Shown here: positions 9,818 through 19,224 of the stretch, piece by piece
Position numbering within the stretch: the stretch's first letter is position 1
Layout: each line of letters begins with the position of its first letter
DNA from: a bacterium
GTDB lineage: Bacteria > UBA8248 > JACPRG01 > G963555815
Direction: 5' to 3'
Length of the DNA stretch: 64,000 nt
Assembly: GCA_965261595.1 (NCBI GenBank)
Contig: CBDHDG010000005.1
Location: 832,001 to 896,000, forward strand
Translations under genes and position numbers: made by a program
Notes under the pieces: generated by a model
Told to the model about the DNA's origin: nothing
Database searches by the model: none
The model's input: only the letters and a program-made list of their open reading frames with translations

Positions 9818-11298
9818 TTATCGCGTATGCGTGAACCGGACCGACCGTTGTTTCAGATTTTTTCCGTTCGCGTCGTGGATCTGAGCAACCGCTTCCAGTT
9901 TATGTTTTCCTTTGCCCCGATTGAACTCGATGTTCGGCATGAAAATCTTGAAATCGGCGAATCTTGTGCTCTTGAATTTGGGCGTGAACGTTTCCTGGAC
10001 CGTAATGTAGCCGCTGCGCGTTTTGTATTGATTGGTCGCCGATTTGCGCGCATTGAGCCAGGCGGTTTGTCCCTCATACCTGAAAAAAACCGTGAACCGG
10101 CCTCTCCGGCCTTTATGGTTCATAATCAAGAAGTTCGTGTGGATCCACATGCCTTTTTTCTTGGCCTGGTATTGGTTGTGGACCAGCCAGACGCGCTTGA
10201 TCGCCGCCGTCGCCTTTTTCTCTCCCAGGCTGGCTACGCTCCCCCGCGCCCGCTGGGCGCCGCCCGTTCTTGTAATGTTGACCCGGAAGTCCACCTTCTT
10301 CGATGTCAGATCCTTCGCTCGGTCGTCTTGAATTTCCAGAACGGCCACCAGGTTGTGCCAACCTCTGGCCAGATTCAGCTCGTTGTACGGCATGAAGAGC
10401 TTGAAGTTCGGAAAGGTCGTACTCTTCTGTACTTGGGTGTAAACGCCTGTTGCATGGTGGCGGCGCCGTTCGGACTTTTGTAAATCGAGGACCCCGGCGT
10501 CGGGAGCGCCTTGATCCAGCCGCTTTGTCCTTTGAAGCGGAAGAAGGCGGCAAACCGGCCTTTCCGGCCCACAAAATTATTGATGGTGAACTTCCCGTGA
10601 ACGCGGATGCCCCGCCGTCCGCTCACGGTGACGTCGCGTTCGACCCGGGCCGTCTTAAACGCGGCATAGGGGCGAAGGGCGGGTTGAGGCTTGCGTGGCG
10701 TAGGTTTGGGCGCCCGCACGACGGGCTTTCGGGGAGTTCTCGGTTGGGGAGGCAGCTTTTCCACATAGGTCCTGCCCGCGATGACGTACGCCAGCTGCCG
10801 GCACATGTTCGAGATCTCGTTTACGCTGTTGCCCCGGATGTTCTTCCCGATTCGCGTGATGCCGGTCTGAACGTCGATGAAACGGGAATTGAGGGTGAAG
10901 GTGGTGCCCAGCTTGACGATGCTTCCGATGACGACGAGCTTAGCCCCGGAGAGCCGCCCGATCTTCACGGCCGTTTTCTCGTCGATCACGTCCTGGAGCT
11001 GGAGTTTTTGTTCTTTGAGGAGGGCTTCGATCTGGCCGCGCTCGACGAGCTCGAAGCCGCCGACGTCCACGAGCTCGGTCCTGAGAATCTCCGCAACAGC
11101 CTCGCCCATCTCTTTGGGCGCCCCGATGGACTTGAACGTCAGAACCGCCACCCGCTCGACCTTTTTTCTTTGGGCGAGGGCGGGCGCGGCCGCGATCGAC
11201 AGGACCAGAAGCCCCGTGACGAACACCGCAAGCCGGCGCAGGGAGGGGAGAGCGGGATTCTTCCGTCGGGAATGATTGAGTCGTCCGAGATTATCCAT
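9818..11298 (-). CDS. Secreted protein: CsgG/HfaB-like N-domain, Pro/Arg linker and two tandem beta-rich repeats; frameshift at about 10422-10430
   Basis: Signal peptide; VAVLTF..FELVERGQIEALLKEQKL..KIGRLSGAKLVVIGSI; repeat alignment FTPKY.STTFPNFKLFMP vs FTPKFKSTRFADFKIFMP locates the break. Confidence 0.75.
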
Positions 11299-11727
11299 TT
11301 CCGGATGATCCTCGATTGGGGCGGAGCGCTTGCCGATTCTTCGGAGCGCTATCGCCGCGGCGACCTGAATGATAAAAATCCTACCTGGAATTCCCTGTCT
11401 GCGTCAATGCGAAATCCATCGAATTTTCCTGGGACATTTTCCATCCTTGCGGGCGGTGTTGTACACCCGAGGGTTACAAAACCAACCCGGCGGAATCCCA
11501 TCATTCAGTTGGACAGACCTCGGCGGGTTCAGGTTCTGTATCTTTTTATGAAATTTTCCTGGACTTCGACTGTGGTCGGGAGTCATTTTCCAATGAAGGG
11601 GTATTTGGCGGGCGGGGGGGACGAGGGAAACGCCGCCATGTGGATAGTCGTTCGTGTGGGAATCACAGGGAGTCAAAGGGATGACTGTGCATTTGAAAAA
11701 CAGGCCTAAACCAACAGGGGACGAATT

Positions 11728-12801
11728 GTGACCGTCGGGTCTGTCACCGGAGCGGCGGGCCTGACTCGGGAATTGCGCGACGCGCCGTTTCTCAAGGCCT
11801 GCCGCCGGGAGGAAACGGACCGCACGCCGGTCTGGCTGATGCGTCAGGCGGGCCGGTACATGAAGGAATACCGCGAGGTCCGCGCGAAGACTTCCTTTCT
11901 GGAGCTTTGCAAGAACCCGGCGCTGGCCGCCGAGGTCACCGTCCACGCGGCCGGGCGCATCGGGGCCGACGCGGCCATCCTCTTCTCCGACCTGCTGCCC
12001 ATCCTCGAACCGATGGGTCTCGGCCTCGAGTACACCCGGGGCGACGGGCCCGTCATCCACCGGCCGGTCCGGGACAGGGCCGACGTGGACCGTTTGTCCG
12101 AGGTGGCGCCGGAGGAATCGTTGGCCTTTGTATTCGAGGCCGTTCGCCTGTGCCGGGCCGAGCTGCCCTCCCACGTCCCGCTGATCGGTTTCGCGGGCGC
12201 GCCTTTCACGCTGGCGTCCTACGCCATCGAGGGCGGCGGCTCGAAGAGCTACGCCCACACGAAGGGCTTGATGCACCGGGATCCGGGCGCGTGGCGCGCG
12301 CTGATGGAAAAGCTGGTCCGGGCGTTGACGAAACACCTCAATGGACAGATCGCCGCCGGGGCGCAGGCCGTTCAGTTGTTCGACAGTTGGGTGGGCTGTC
12401 TCTCGCCGTCCGATTATCGGGAGTTCGTTCTGCCCCACAGCCGCGCCCTCATCCAGGGCCTGACGCCCGGAGCGCCGGTGCTCCATTTCGGGACGGGGAC
12501 AGGACTGTTCCTGGAGGACATGAAAGAGGCGGGCGGGGATGTCATCGGCGTGGACTTCCGGACGGAGTTGGACGAAGCCTGGGCGCGTCTTGGCGACGTG
12601 GCGGTTCAGGGAAACCTCGATCCGGCCGTTCTCCTCGCGGACCTGCCCTACATCCGAAAGCGGGTGGCGCGCGTCCTGGAGCAGGCCGGCGGGCGGATCG
12701 GCCACATTTTCAACCTCGGTCATGGCATCCTGCCGGAGACGCCGGTAGACAACGTGATTGCCCTCGTAGACATGGTTCATGAGATGAGCGGGCGCGGATG
12801 A
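11728..12801 (+). CDS. hemE: Uroporphyrinogen decarboxylase
   Basis: [52 protein letters not shown]. Confidence 0.97.
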   Translation: MTVGSVTGAAGLTRELRDAPFLKACRREETDRTPVWLMRQAGRYMKEYREVRAKTSFLELCKNPALAAEVTVHAAGRIGADAAILFSDLLPILEPMGLGLEYTRGDGPVIHRPVRDRADVDRLSEVAPEESLAFVFEAVRLCRAELPSHVPLIGFAGAPFTLASYAIEGGGSKSYAHTKGLMHRDPGAWRALMEKLVRALTKHLNGQIAAGAQAVQLFDSWVGCLSPSDYREFVLPHSRALIQGLTPGAPVLHFGTGTGLFLEDMKEAGGDVIGVDFRTELDEAWARLGDVAVQGNLDPAVLLADLPYIRKRVARVLEQAGGRIGHIFNLGHGILPETPVDNVIALVDMVHEMSGRG

Positions 12802-13730
12802 GCGGCGCCATCGATGCCGTGTTGTTGATCGGGTTCGGCGGCCCGACAAAGCGGGAAGAGGTCCGTCCGTTCCTCGAGACCGTCCTCCGGAACCGGAAAG
12901 TCCCCCCCGGCCGGATTGATGAAGTCGAGCATCACTACGAGGTGTGCGGCGGGTATTCCCCCTTCAACGAGTTGACGTTCCGGCAGGCGGAGGCCCTGAA
13001 GGCCCGGTTGGAGGAATCGGGAGCGTCGATTCCGGTGTATGTGGGGATGCGCAACTGGCATCCGTTCATCAAGGACGCGGCGGGGCGGATGGCGGACGAC
13101 GGCGTCCGGAACGCCCTGGGCGTCATCATGGCCCCCCACCGGGCGAAGGCGAGTTGGGAAGCTTATCGGCAATCGGTCATCGAGGGTCTGAGGCCCCTGG
13201 GGGAGCGCGCCCCCGTTTTCGATTATCTGGACGGGTGGCACGGCCATCTCGGGTTCGTCGAGGCGGTTGCGGACCGCGTCCGGGAGGCGATCGGCGGGCT
13301 CGATGAGGCGAGGAAGGAAAAGGCCCTTTTGATTTTTACGGCCCACTCGATCCCGACGGGGATGGCCCGGCAGTCCCGTTACGCCGAGGAGTTCGCCGAG
13401 TCCTCGGCCGCCGTGGCGGAATCCCTGGGGATGAAGGCGTGGACGACGGCGTACCAGAGCCGGAGCGGCAGCCCGAGCGAGCCTTGGTTGGAGCCGGACG
13501 TGGAGGACGTGATCCGCAAGGCGGCGGGGCGCGGCGTCCGGGACATCGTCCTCGTCCCCATCGGTTTTCTATGCGACCACATGGAAGTTCTGTTCGACCT
13601 GGACGTCGAGGCCGTGGAAATCGCGAAAGAGTCCGGCGTTGGCCTCGTTCGGGCCGGGACAGTGGGGGACCACGCGAAATTCATTGGGATGCTGGCGGAG
13701 ATGATCCGGGCGAAGGCCGTGTGCGACTGA
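12798..13730 (+). CDS. hemH: Ferrochelatase (HemH/CpfC type)
   Basis: [50 protein letters not shown] overlap with hemE. Confidence 0.95.
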   Translation: MSGAIDAVLLIGFGGPTKREEVRPFLETVLRNRKVPPGRIDEVEHHYEVCGGYSPFNELTFRQAEALKARLEESGASIPVYVGMRNWHPFIKDAAGRMADDGVRNALGVIMAPHRAKASWEAYRQSVIEGLRPLGERAPVFDYLDGWHGHLGFVEAVADRVREAIGGLDEARKEKALLIFTAHSIPTGMARQSRYAEEFAESSAAVAESLGMKAWTTAYQSRSGSPSEPWLEPDVEDVIRKAAGRGVRDIVLVPIGFLCDHMEVLFDLDVEAVEIAKESGVGLVRAGTVGDHAKFIGMLAEMIRAKAVCD

Positions 13731-13901
13731 GGCCGATGCCTCAGGGATTCACGCCGATGATTTTCGCCCGTCCCATGTCCAAATCTTTAGCCGCCGGATT
13801 GCCGGAATCCAAGGCTTGACTCCGTCCCAATGCCTTTTCCTGGACTGGGGGAGGAGGGGGGATTTGTGGGCGCACGCTGAAGCGCATCGGGAAAGAGGCC
13901 C

Positions 13902-14996
13902 TTGGCCATCCCTTCGGACTTGATAGTCGAGACCGGCCTTTCGCCCTCTCTTAGCGCGGCCGCGGACAGGTATTTGTTTTCCCGCCCGGGAGGGGGGGGA
14001 GGGCATCGGACCGGAACACGGCCGATTCTCCGCATCTACACGCTGGATCGGCCTTCTTTGTTGCTTGGCCGGTATCAACCGCTCCCGAATGGTTTTCCGC
14101 GAAACAAGAGCGTAGAGGAGATCGGTCGGCGCCTGACCGGCGGGCGGGCGGTCCCGGCGGGCCGCGGATTTATTGGGATTGCCTTCTTCCTGCCGAGCGC
14201 CTGGGATTTGACCGGAGACCCGAACCGCATCCTTTCCCCGGATCGCGTTCTGAATCGCTATGTTCGCGGCGTCATGCGAGGGTGTCACCGCTTCAAAGTC
14301 AGGGCGCTTTACATGGGCCGGGACGTCCTGACGGTGAATCACAAGAAGATCGCCCTTGCGGGCTTCACGTTATCGAAAGCCGGAGGCGTTTTGTTCGAGT
14401 GCCATCTGGCTCTTTCGGGAAACCTGGGAGAATTGGACCCGTCGTTTGATGGGGCGCCGAACCGGGAGAGCATCCTTTCCAGTCTCCTCACCCCTCCCGT
14501 TACGTCCGTGAAAGCGGAGGCCGGGCGGGATATCTCCCCGCGGGAGATGGCCGAATCCATCTGCGAGGGATCGGAGAGCCGATTGGGTCTCGTGTTTGAA
14601 GAGCGGGCCTGGACCACGCAGGAAAAGGAGGAGATCAGCCGACTCCAAAGAGCAGAGATCGAAAACGGGGGTTGGATCGAAGAAAGGGAGCCTCGCCCTT
14701 CGGAAACGAGCCGGGCCGATAGCGAAATTCAGCTTGGGCGGTTTTCCGTTGCCCTGGCCCTGGATAAGGACGGGAGCATTGCTTCCGCAACGCTGGCCGG
14801 AGACTTTCTGTCGGACGACAGAACGGTGTCCGAGCTGGAGACCGCGTTTCGCGGGGAGGCGTGCGAGTGGACGACACTCGATGCGCTCACCAAGCGGGTG
14901 CTCAACCGGCCGGGTCGCTTTATCCTGGGATTGGGGAATCTGCGGGTTGTGCCGGACACCCTGGTTGAAGCCGGGATGAGAACGGACAGCTATTGA
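13902..14996 (+). CDS. Lipoate-protein ligase A family protein (divergent; start uncertain)
   Basis: SLLLGRYQ, RRLTGGRAV, DVLTVNHKKIA (conserved Lys), C-terminal GDFL domain. Confidence 0.75.
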   Translation: MAIPSDLIVETGLSPSLSAAADRYLFSRPGGGGGHRTGTRPILRIYTLDRPSLLLGRYQPLPNGFPRNKSVEEIGRRLTGGRAVPAGRGFIGIAFFLPSAWDLTGDPNRILSPDRVLNRYVRGVMRGCHRFKVRALYMGRDVLTVNHKKIALAGFTLSKAGGVLFECHLALSGNLGELDPSFDGAPNRESILSSLLTPPVTSVKAEAGRDISPREMAESICEGSESRLGLVFEERAWTTQEKEEISRLQRAEIENGGWIEEREPRPSETSRADSEIQLGRFSVALALDKDGSIASATLAGDFLSDDRTVSELETAFRGEACEWTTLDALTKRVLNRPGRFILGLGNLRVVPDTLVEAGMRTDSY

Positions 14997-15036
14997 TCTC
15001 TATATTATTAATGACCTATCTGCGTATTGCGTGAAA

Positions 15037-15110
15037 GGGCCGGTACAGAGCCCGGCCCCTACATGTCCATTCCGAAATCGCGTGTAGGGGCGGGGCTCCG
15101 CACCCGCCCC
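15037..15110. repeat. Inverted pair of GTAG-type REP-like palindromes (REPIN-like doublet)
   Basis: Minus copy GTAGGGGCCGGGCTCTGTACCGGCCC (15062-15037) and plus copy GTAGGGGCGGGGCTCCGCACCCGCCCC (15084-15110), between convergent genes. Confidence 0.7.
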
Positions 15111-15202
15111 AGAAGTGTCGGGGACCCCTCCAGGCTTTTTGTTGAGTCGCTCCGTGTAGGACATTATTTATGCCTTCCTCAATAGACGACGGATCAGGGC
15201 AT

Positions 15203-15233
15203 AAAAAACCTCCCGCCCTGCAAGGCGGGAGGT
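15203..15233 (-). terminator. Rho-independent terminator of the ferredoxin gene
   Basis: Stem ACCTCCCGCC/GGCGGGAGGT running into a T-tract on the minus strand, about 20 nt after the stop. Confidence 0.85.
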
Positions 15234-15254
15234 CTCCTGCGAAGCGGCGGCCGT

Positions 15255-15557
15255 TTATGTCCGAAAACGGGACAGGTCCGGAGTCAGGTCTTCCAGGTTC
15301 GGAACGTCCATGTCCGGATGAATGGCCTTGGCGCGGGTAAGAAGGACTTCTTCGGTTTCGTCGTTGTTGGGGTCCGCGACGCAGCAGTCCACCGGACATA
15401 CCACCGCGCATTGCTCTTCGTCGTGGAACCCGACGCACTCGGTGCAAGTGTTCGGGTCGATGACGAAAATGTCCTCGCCCTCGGTGATGGCCTCATTCGG
15501 GCATTCCGGCTCGCAAACCCCGCAATTGATGCACTCATCCGTAATCATCGTAGCCAT
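15255..15557 (-). CDS. YfhL family 2x[4Fe-4S] ferredoxin
   Basis: CINCGVCEPECP and CTECVG..QCAVVCPVDCC; GGAGG RBS. Confidence 0.93.
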   Translation of the reverse strand: MATMITDECINCGVCEPECPNEAITEGEDIFVIDPNTCTECVGFHDEEQCAVVCPVDCCVADPNNDETEEVLLTRAKAIHPDMDVPNLEDLTPDLSRFRT

Positions 15558-15709
15558 GAAACCCACCTCCCGGCTTGAATTAATCTCATGTTTAGCGACT
15601 CCCCAACCCCTCGCCCCCGGTGGGCGATGAGCACCGGAAATATCGCTCTTCTCAATTATTGGGTCTGGTGTCTCTCTATGTCAATTCAACCCTCTTGATT
15701 TCGGGATTA

Positions 15710-16736
15710 CTAGAGAAGCCCCAGCCGTGCGGGGCGGGGTTTTCGGGGTGCGGGCCCGCTCCAGTATTCTCGGAGACCCTGATAGAGGACCTCGCAAAAC
15801 GACTCGATGAGCGGGACGCCGACGGGGTCGGTGTGGAGGCGGCCGCGGGCGGTCGCGTTTTCCGTCATCGAGACGGCGGCCTCGGCGGAGATGTCCAGCC
15901 GGCGCAAGACCCAAAGGGCCAATCCCGCGTTGACCGAAGGCTCAGTGTACCGGCCGTGGCCGCTGACCTTCCGGTCGTCGCCCGCCAGCCGCAGGACTTC
16001 CCCCACGGCGGCTCCCGCCAGAACCCCCTCGATGAGAGGGAACTGCTCCATCCCGTAGCGATAAGAGGTCCGCGGCCGAGGTTGGCAGGACGGCTTGCCA
16101 ATCGTTCTCGGCCATCATCCGGCAAACGCCCGCGGAGTACAGCTTATATCCGCTCATGAAGTCGGGCGGCTCGGCGTAAGCGGACAGGAACCGGAGGTCG
16201 AGGACCCGGCCCTCCGCGGCGAGGCGGTGGGTGAGGGCGGCGAGGGTCAGGCGATTGAGAAGAGCCTCGAACTCCCCGCGAATCCACCCGATGCTTCGGT
16301 GAACGTCGACGCGCCGTCCCGCGACGATGATCTCTCCCTCTACTCCCTGCGTCCGCATCCACTCCATGCACCGGTAGAGGTGCTCGATGTCTCCGACGTA
16401 ATGATCTCCGTCGCCGTCGCGAACCATGGCATAGGAAAAAGATTCCTCGCGCAGAAGCTCCCTGAGGCCGGCCGCCAGCGCGGCGCCCTTGCCACTGTTC
16501 TCTTCGCGGATGACGAGGCGAAAGGAAGCGCCGCCTCGCCGCTCGAATTCCGGTCGCAGGGAATTGAGAATCTCGGCCGAGCGGCCGTCTCCGTCCACAA
16601 CGAGGGCGACCTTGCCTGGGAGGACGTAATGCTCCACGCCGGTTAGGGTTCGGAGGAGGCGGTCCCGGATGATGTCTTCCGGGACCGCCTCGCTGAACCA
16701 GACCGGGATGACCATGGCCAAGTCGGAATAGGTCAT
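15710..16736 (-). CDS. Glycosyltransferase family 2 protein; +1 frameshift at about 16063
   Basis: MVIPVW, LVVDG, ENSGKGAAL, DGDGDH (DxD), DFMSGYKLY; removing one T gives DLYRYGMEQFP and joins ORF 15710-16051. Confidence 0.8.
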
Positions 16737-16803
16737 GAAGGGGTTGCCGGCTGATCCGCCGGAAGGAGCGGACGGGACGGTCCGCCGAGATCCGAGGCGG
16801 TGA

Positions 16804-17268
16804 TCATTCCTCGATAATGTCTCCCGTGTACTCGATCTCGATCCCCCGCCTGACGCTCTGGGAGGCGGTGCATTTGCTTTCGTGGACGTCGAGCGCGCGC
16901 TCCGCCTCCTCGCGCTTGCCCTTGGGGATCTTGACGGTGTAATGGACGCGGATTCGGGTGATATAGGTCTTGCCGTCGATCCGCTCGATATCGCCTTCCA
17001 CCTGTGAAGAGAGCTTATCCGGGTGGCTCGGGATTCCGCGCGCTTCCAGCGCGCCTCCAAAGTTTCCCGTCATTCAGGACGCGACGGCGGTCACGATGTG
17101 ATCGAGCGTCGCTGGAAGGTCTTCAGGCGTCTCGATTCCGTAGATCGCCCTGATTCCGGGATGCATCCCGTAGCGGATGGGTTCAGGGAAGTCTTCGATA
17201 TAGCCCCGCCGGACGACGCCGGCGTCCTTTTCGACCCGCGAGTGGATGGTGTGAACAATTTCGCCCAT
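16804..17268 (-). CDS. OsmC/Ohr-like protein, probable selenoprotein (in-frame TGA at 17076-17074 = Sec65)
   Basis: Two ORFs abut in frame across a single TGA: DHIVTAVAS-U-MTGNFGGAL; second Cys at HESKCTAS (C133); AAGGAG RBS; downstream hairpin. Confidence 0.85.
17029..17069 (-). promoter_or_regulatory. Candidate bacterial SECIS element
   Basis: mRNA after UGA: AUGA-CGGGA-AACUUUGGAG-GCGCGCU-GGA-AGCGCGC-GGAA-UCCCG; perfect 7-bp upper stem with G-initiated loop 26 nt after UGA, plus CGGGA/UCCCG lower stem. Confidence 0.7.
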
Positions 17269-17429
17269 TGAGAAATCTCCTTTTCATCAACTGGAAATTG
17301 AATAAAGGCATGTTACAAAAGAACCCGTCGAAAGGAAAGGTTTGACGAGACATCCCGGGATAGAGAGCCGGCGGGCCGGCAACGCATTCATTCGTGGATT
17401 TCGCTCGGACGCCCGGACCAGCCCCGTGC

Positions 17430-17458
17430 TTGCTTTTGCGGGAATGGCTGATTATATT
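17430..17458 (+). promoter_or_regulatory. Sigma70-like promoter upstream of the small basic protein gene
   Basis: TTGCTT-17 nt-TATATT. Confidence 0.5.
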
Positions 17459-17609
17459 GGAACCATTGGAACAGTAGGTTCCTCTTTGTCCGGCCCTTCG
17501 CGCCGGGTGAAGCGCCTGTGTTCATTGGAAGGTGCGTTGGGTCGGCCGAGCCGGCTCCGGCGCGGTAAAAAGCGCGGCCCTGGCAGGGGTTGGAAAGGGA
17601 TTCCCGTTC

Positions 17610-17702
17610 ATGAGCAGTGTCGTCAAAAAGCGACGCAAGAAAATGCGCAAGCACAAGCATAAAAAGTTGATGGCGCGCAACCGTCATAAGAAGAAGAAAT
17701 AG
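17610..17702 (+). CDS. AURKAIP1/COX24 (DUF1713) domain small protein; bS22/mS38-like ribosomal protein
   Basis: MSSVVKKRRKKMRKHKHKKLMARNRHKKKK*, 30 aa; GGAAAGGGA RBS; not in the ORF track. Confidence 0.9.
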   Translation: MSSVVKKRRKKMRKHKHKKLMARNRHKKKK

Positions 17703-17734
17703 TCATACGGATTGATTTCCGGTTGTCATGGATG

Positions 17735-17803
17735 AAGGGGACGGGGGTGCACGTTCCGGGTGACTTTTCGCCCGCGCGTGGCGACCGTCCCTTTCTTCTT
17801 TTT
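17735..17803 (+). terminator. Long hairpin plus T-rich tail downstream of the small basic protein gene
   Basis: AAGGGGACGG...CCGTCCCTTT followed by CTTCTTTTT. Confidence 0.5.
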
Positions 17804-17848
17804 GGCGTCCGGGGGTCTCGGCGCCGCACGCCGGTTGTCGTTTTGGAT

Positions 17849-19179
17849 TCAGGCCGAGGTTGAGGCCAGCAGGTCTCTGAGCGCCGTTGCGCTCGTGGAA
17901 AAATCCATTTCCCGGCCGGCCCGCCGCGCTGCCGCTCCCATGGATGCGAGCGCCCCCCGGTCCGAGAGCATTTCCTGAAGGACCTCCAGAAGCCGCTTCT
18001 CTCCGCCCCGCCCTTGAAGCTCCACCTCTTTGCCATAGGCCGGCTGAACCAGGTGACGGGAGCCGGAGGTGACGCTCGACACCACCGGGACCCCTTGGCG
18101 CAACGCCTCTACAATCGTCAATCCGTAGCTTTCGTGCCTGGAGGGGGACACGTAGAGGTCCGCAAGCCGAAAGAGCGCCCGTTTCCGCGCGCCCCCGCGT
18201 GCCCCGGAAACCGGACGCGGATTCGGCGAAGCCGTGCGGCCGTTTTTCGTAGCACGGCCGCGTAGGCCTCGCCGCCCATGAACGCCGCGCCCCCGCAAAT
18301 CAGGACCCGGACATCCTCCAGCCCGGCGGCGGTCGCGTCCCTTTCCCATAGCAGAAGCGCCTTCAGGAGGCGGTCGAGGCCCTTTTCCGGGGAGATCCGG
18401 CTGAGCGTCAGCAGGACGGGAGTGTCCGGCCGGAGGTCGTAATCCCGCCGGGCGGCGGCCATCTCCTCTCCGACCTCCCGCTCCGCTACGTCCTCATCCC
18501 AGCCGCCCCAGGGAAGGACCGTCGTCTTCCGGAGCGCCCGGAGGCTGTAGCAGCGCCCCAGCGTCCGGGCCATCCCGGCGGATGGAACGACGAGTCGGGA
18601 CGAGTGCCGGACGCAGCGCGACTGCTTTTCGAAGACCAATCGCAACACGTCCGGACACAGCGCGGAAAGTCCGGAAGACACGAGAGCGCGGTGGATGCCG
18701 ATGGGAATCGCGGGGGAGGCGTTGAGCCGCAGATACATCCGGGAGAAGAAGTGGGCGACGTCCACGTGAAAGATGGTCACGATAGGATGGCCCATGGCCG
18801 TCACCGCGCGGAAGTCGACGCCCTCGGAGATGTCGTTGCTCAACACCACGAAAGGCTCGGGCGCCGGCCGGGCCGTCATTCCCCGGAGGTGGTCGGTGGC
18901 GGCGGCTTCGAACCGGTGGCAGAAACGCGCGTATTCTCTCCGGCTCAGGCGGGCGGGGTGGTCGTCGTCCCCCAGGACCGGGAGGCGGACGTACTCCACC
19001 GCCGGGGGGGTGTCGGGCGGTCTCCTTCCCGGCGCGAGGAGGGTGAGGGAGATTTTCCGGTCGGCCGCCCAAAGATGAACGAGACGCCGGCAGACCGAAG
19101 CGCCCCCGCCGAGGGGCAGCCTCTCCGGGTGATAGCCCCCGTGGGCGGCGATATAGACGATGCGAAGCGGTGACGCCAT
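17849..19179 (-). CDS. Glycosyltransferase family 4 (GT-B); -1 frameshift in the G-run at about 18192-18196
   Basis: LSRISPEKGLD and ADLYVSPSRHESYGLTIVEA (E-x7-E) lie in adjacent frames; adding one G gives FPGHAGGARKRALF. Confidence 0.85.
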
Positions 19180-19224
19180 CAGTCCCGGAACATCAGTTGA
19201 ACGCCCCCCGAAAGCCCCCGCCTC

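Noticed and set aside
11300..11727. Small ORFs or ncRNA in the divergent intergenic region before hemE
   Set aside because: No convincing coding signal or known RNA motif; treated as promoter DNA
13830..13902. In-frame TGA upstream of the LplA-like gene as a second Sec codon
   Set aside because: Not at a conserved Cys or redox motif and no clear SECIS; more likely simply upstream of the start or a local indel
17849..19179. Selenosugar synthase SenB, given the nearby selenoprotein
   Set aside because: No recognisable SenB N-terminal motif and no senA or selD neighbours; generic GT4
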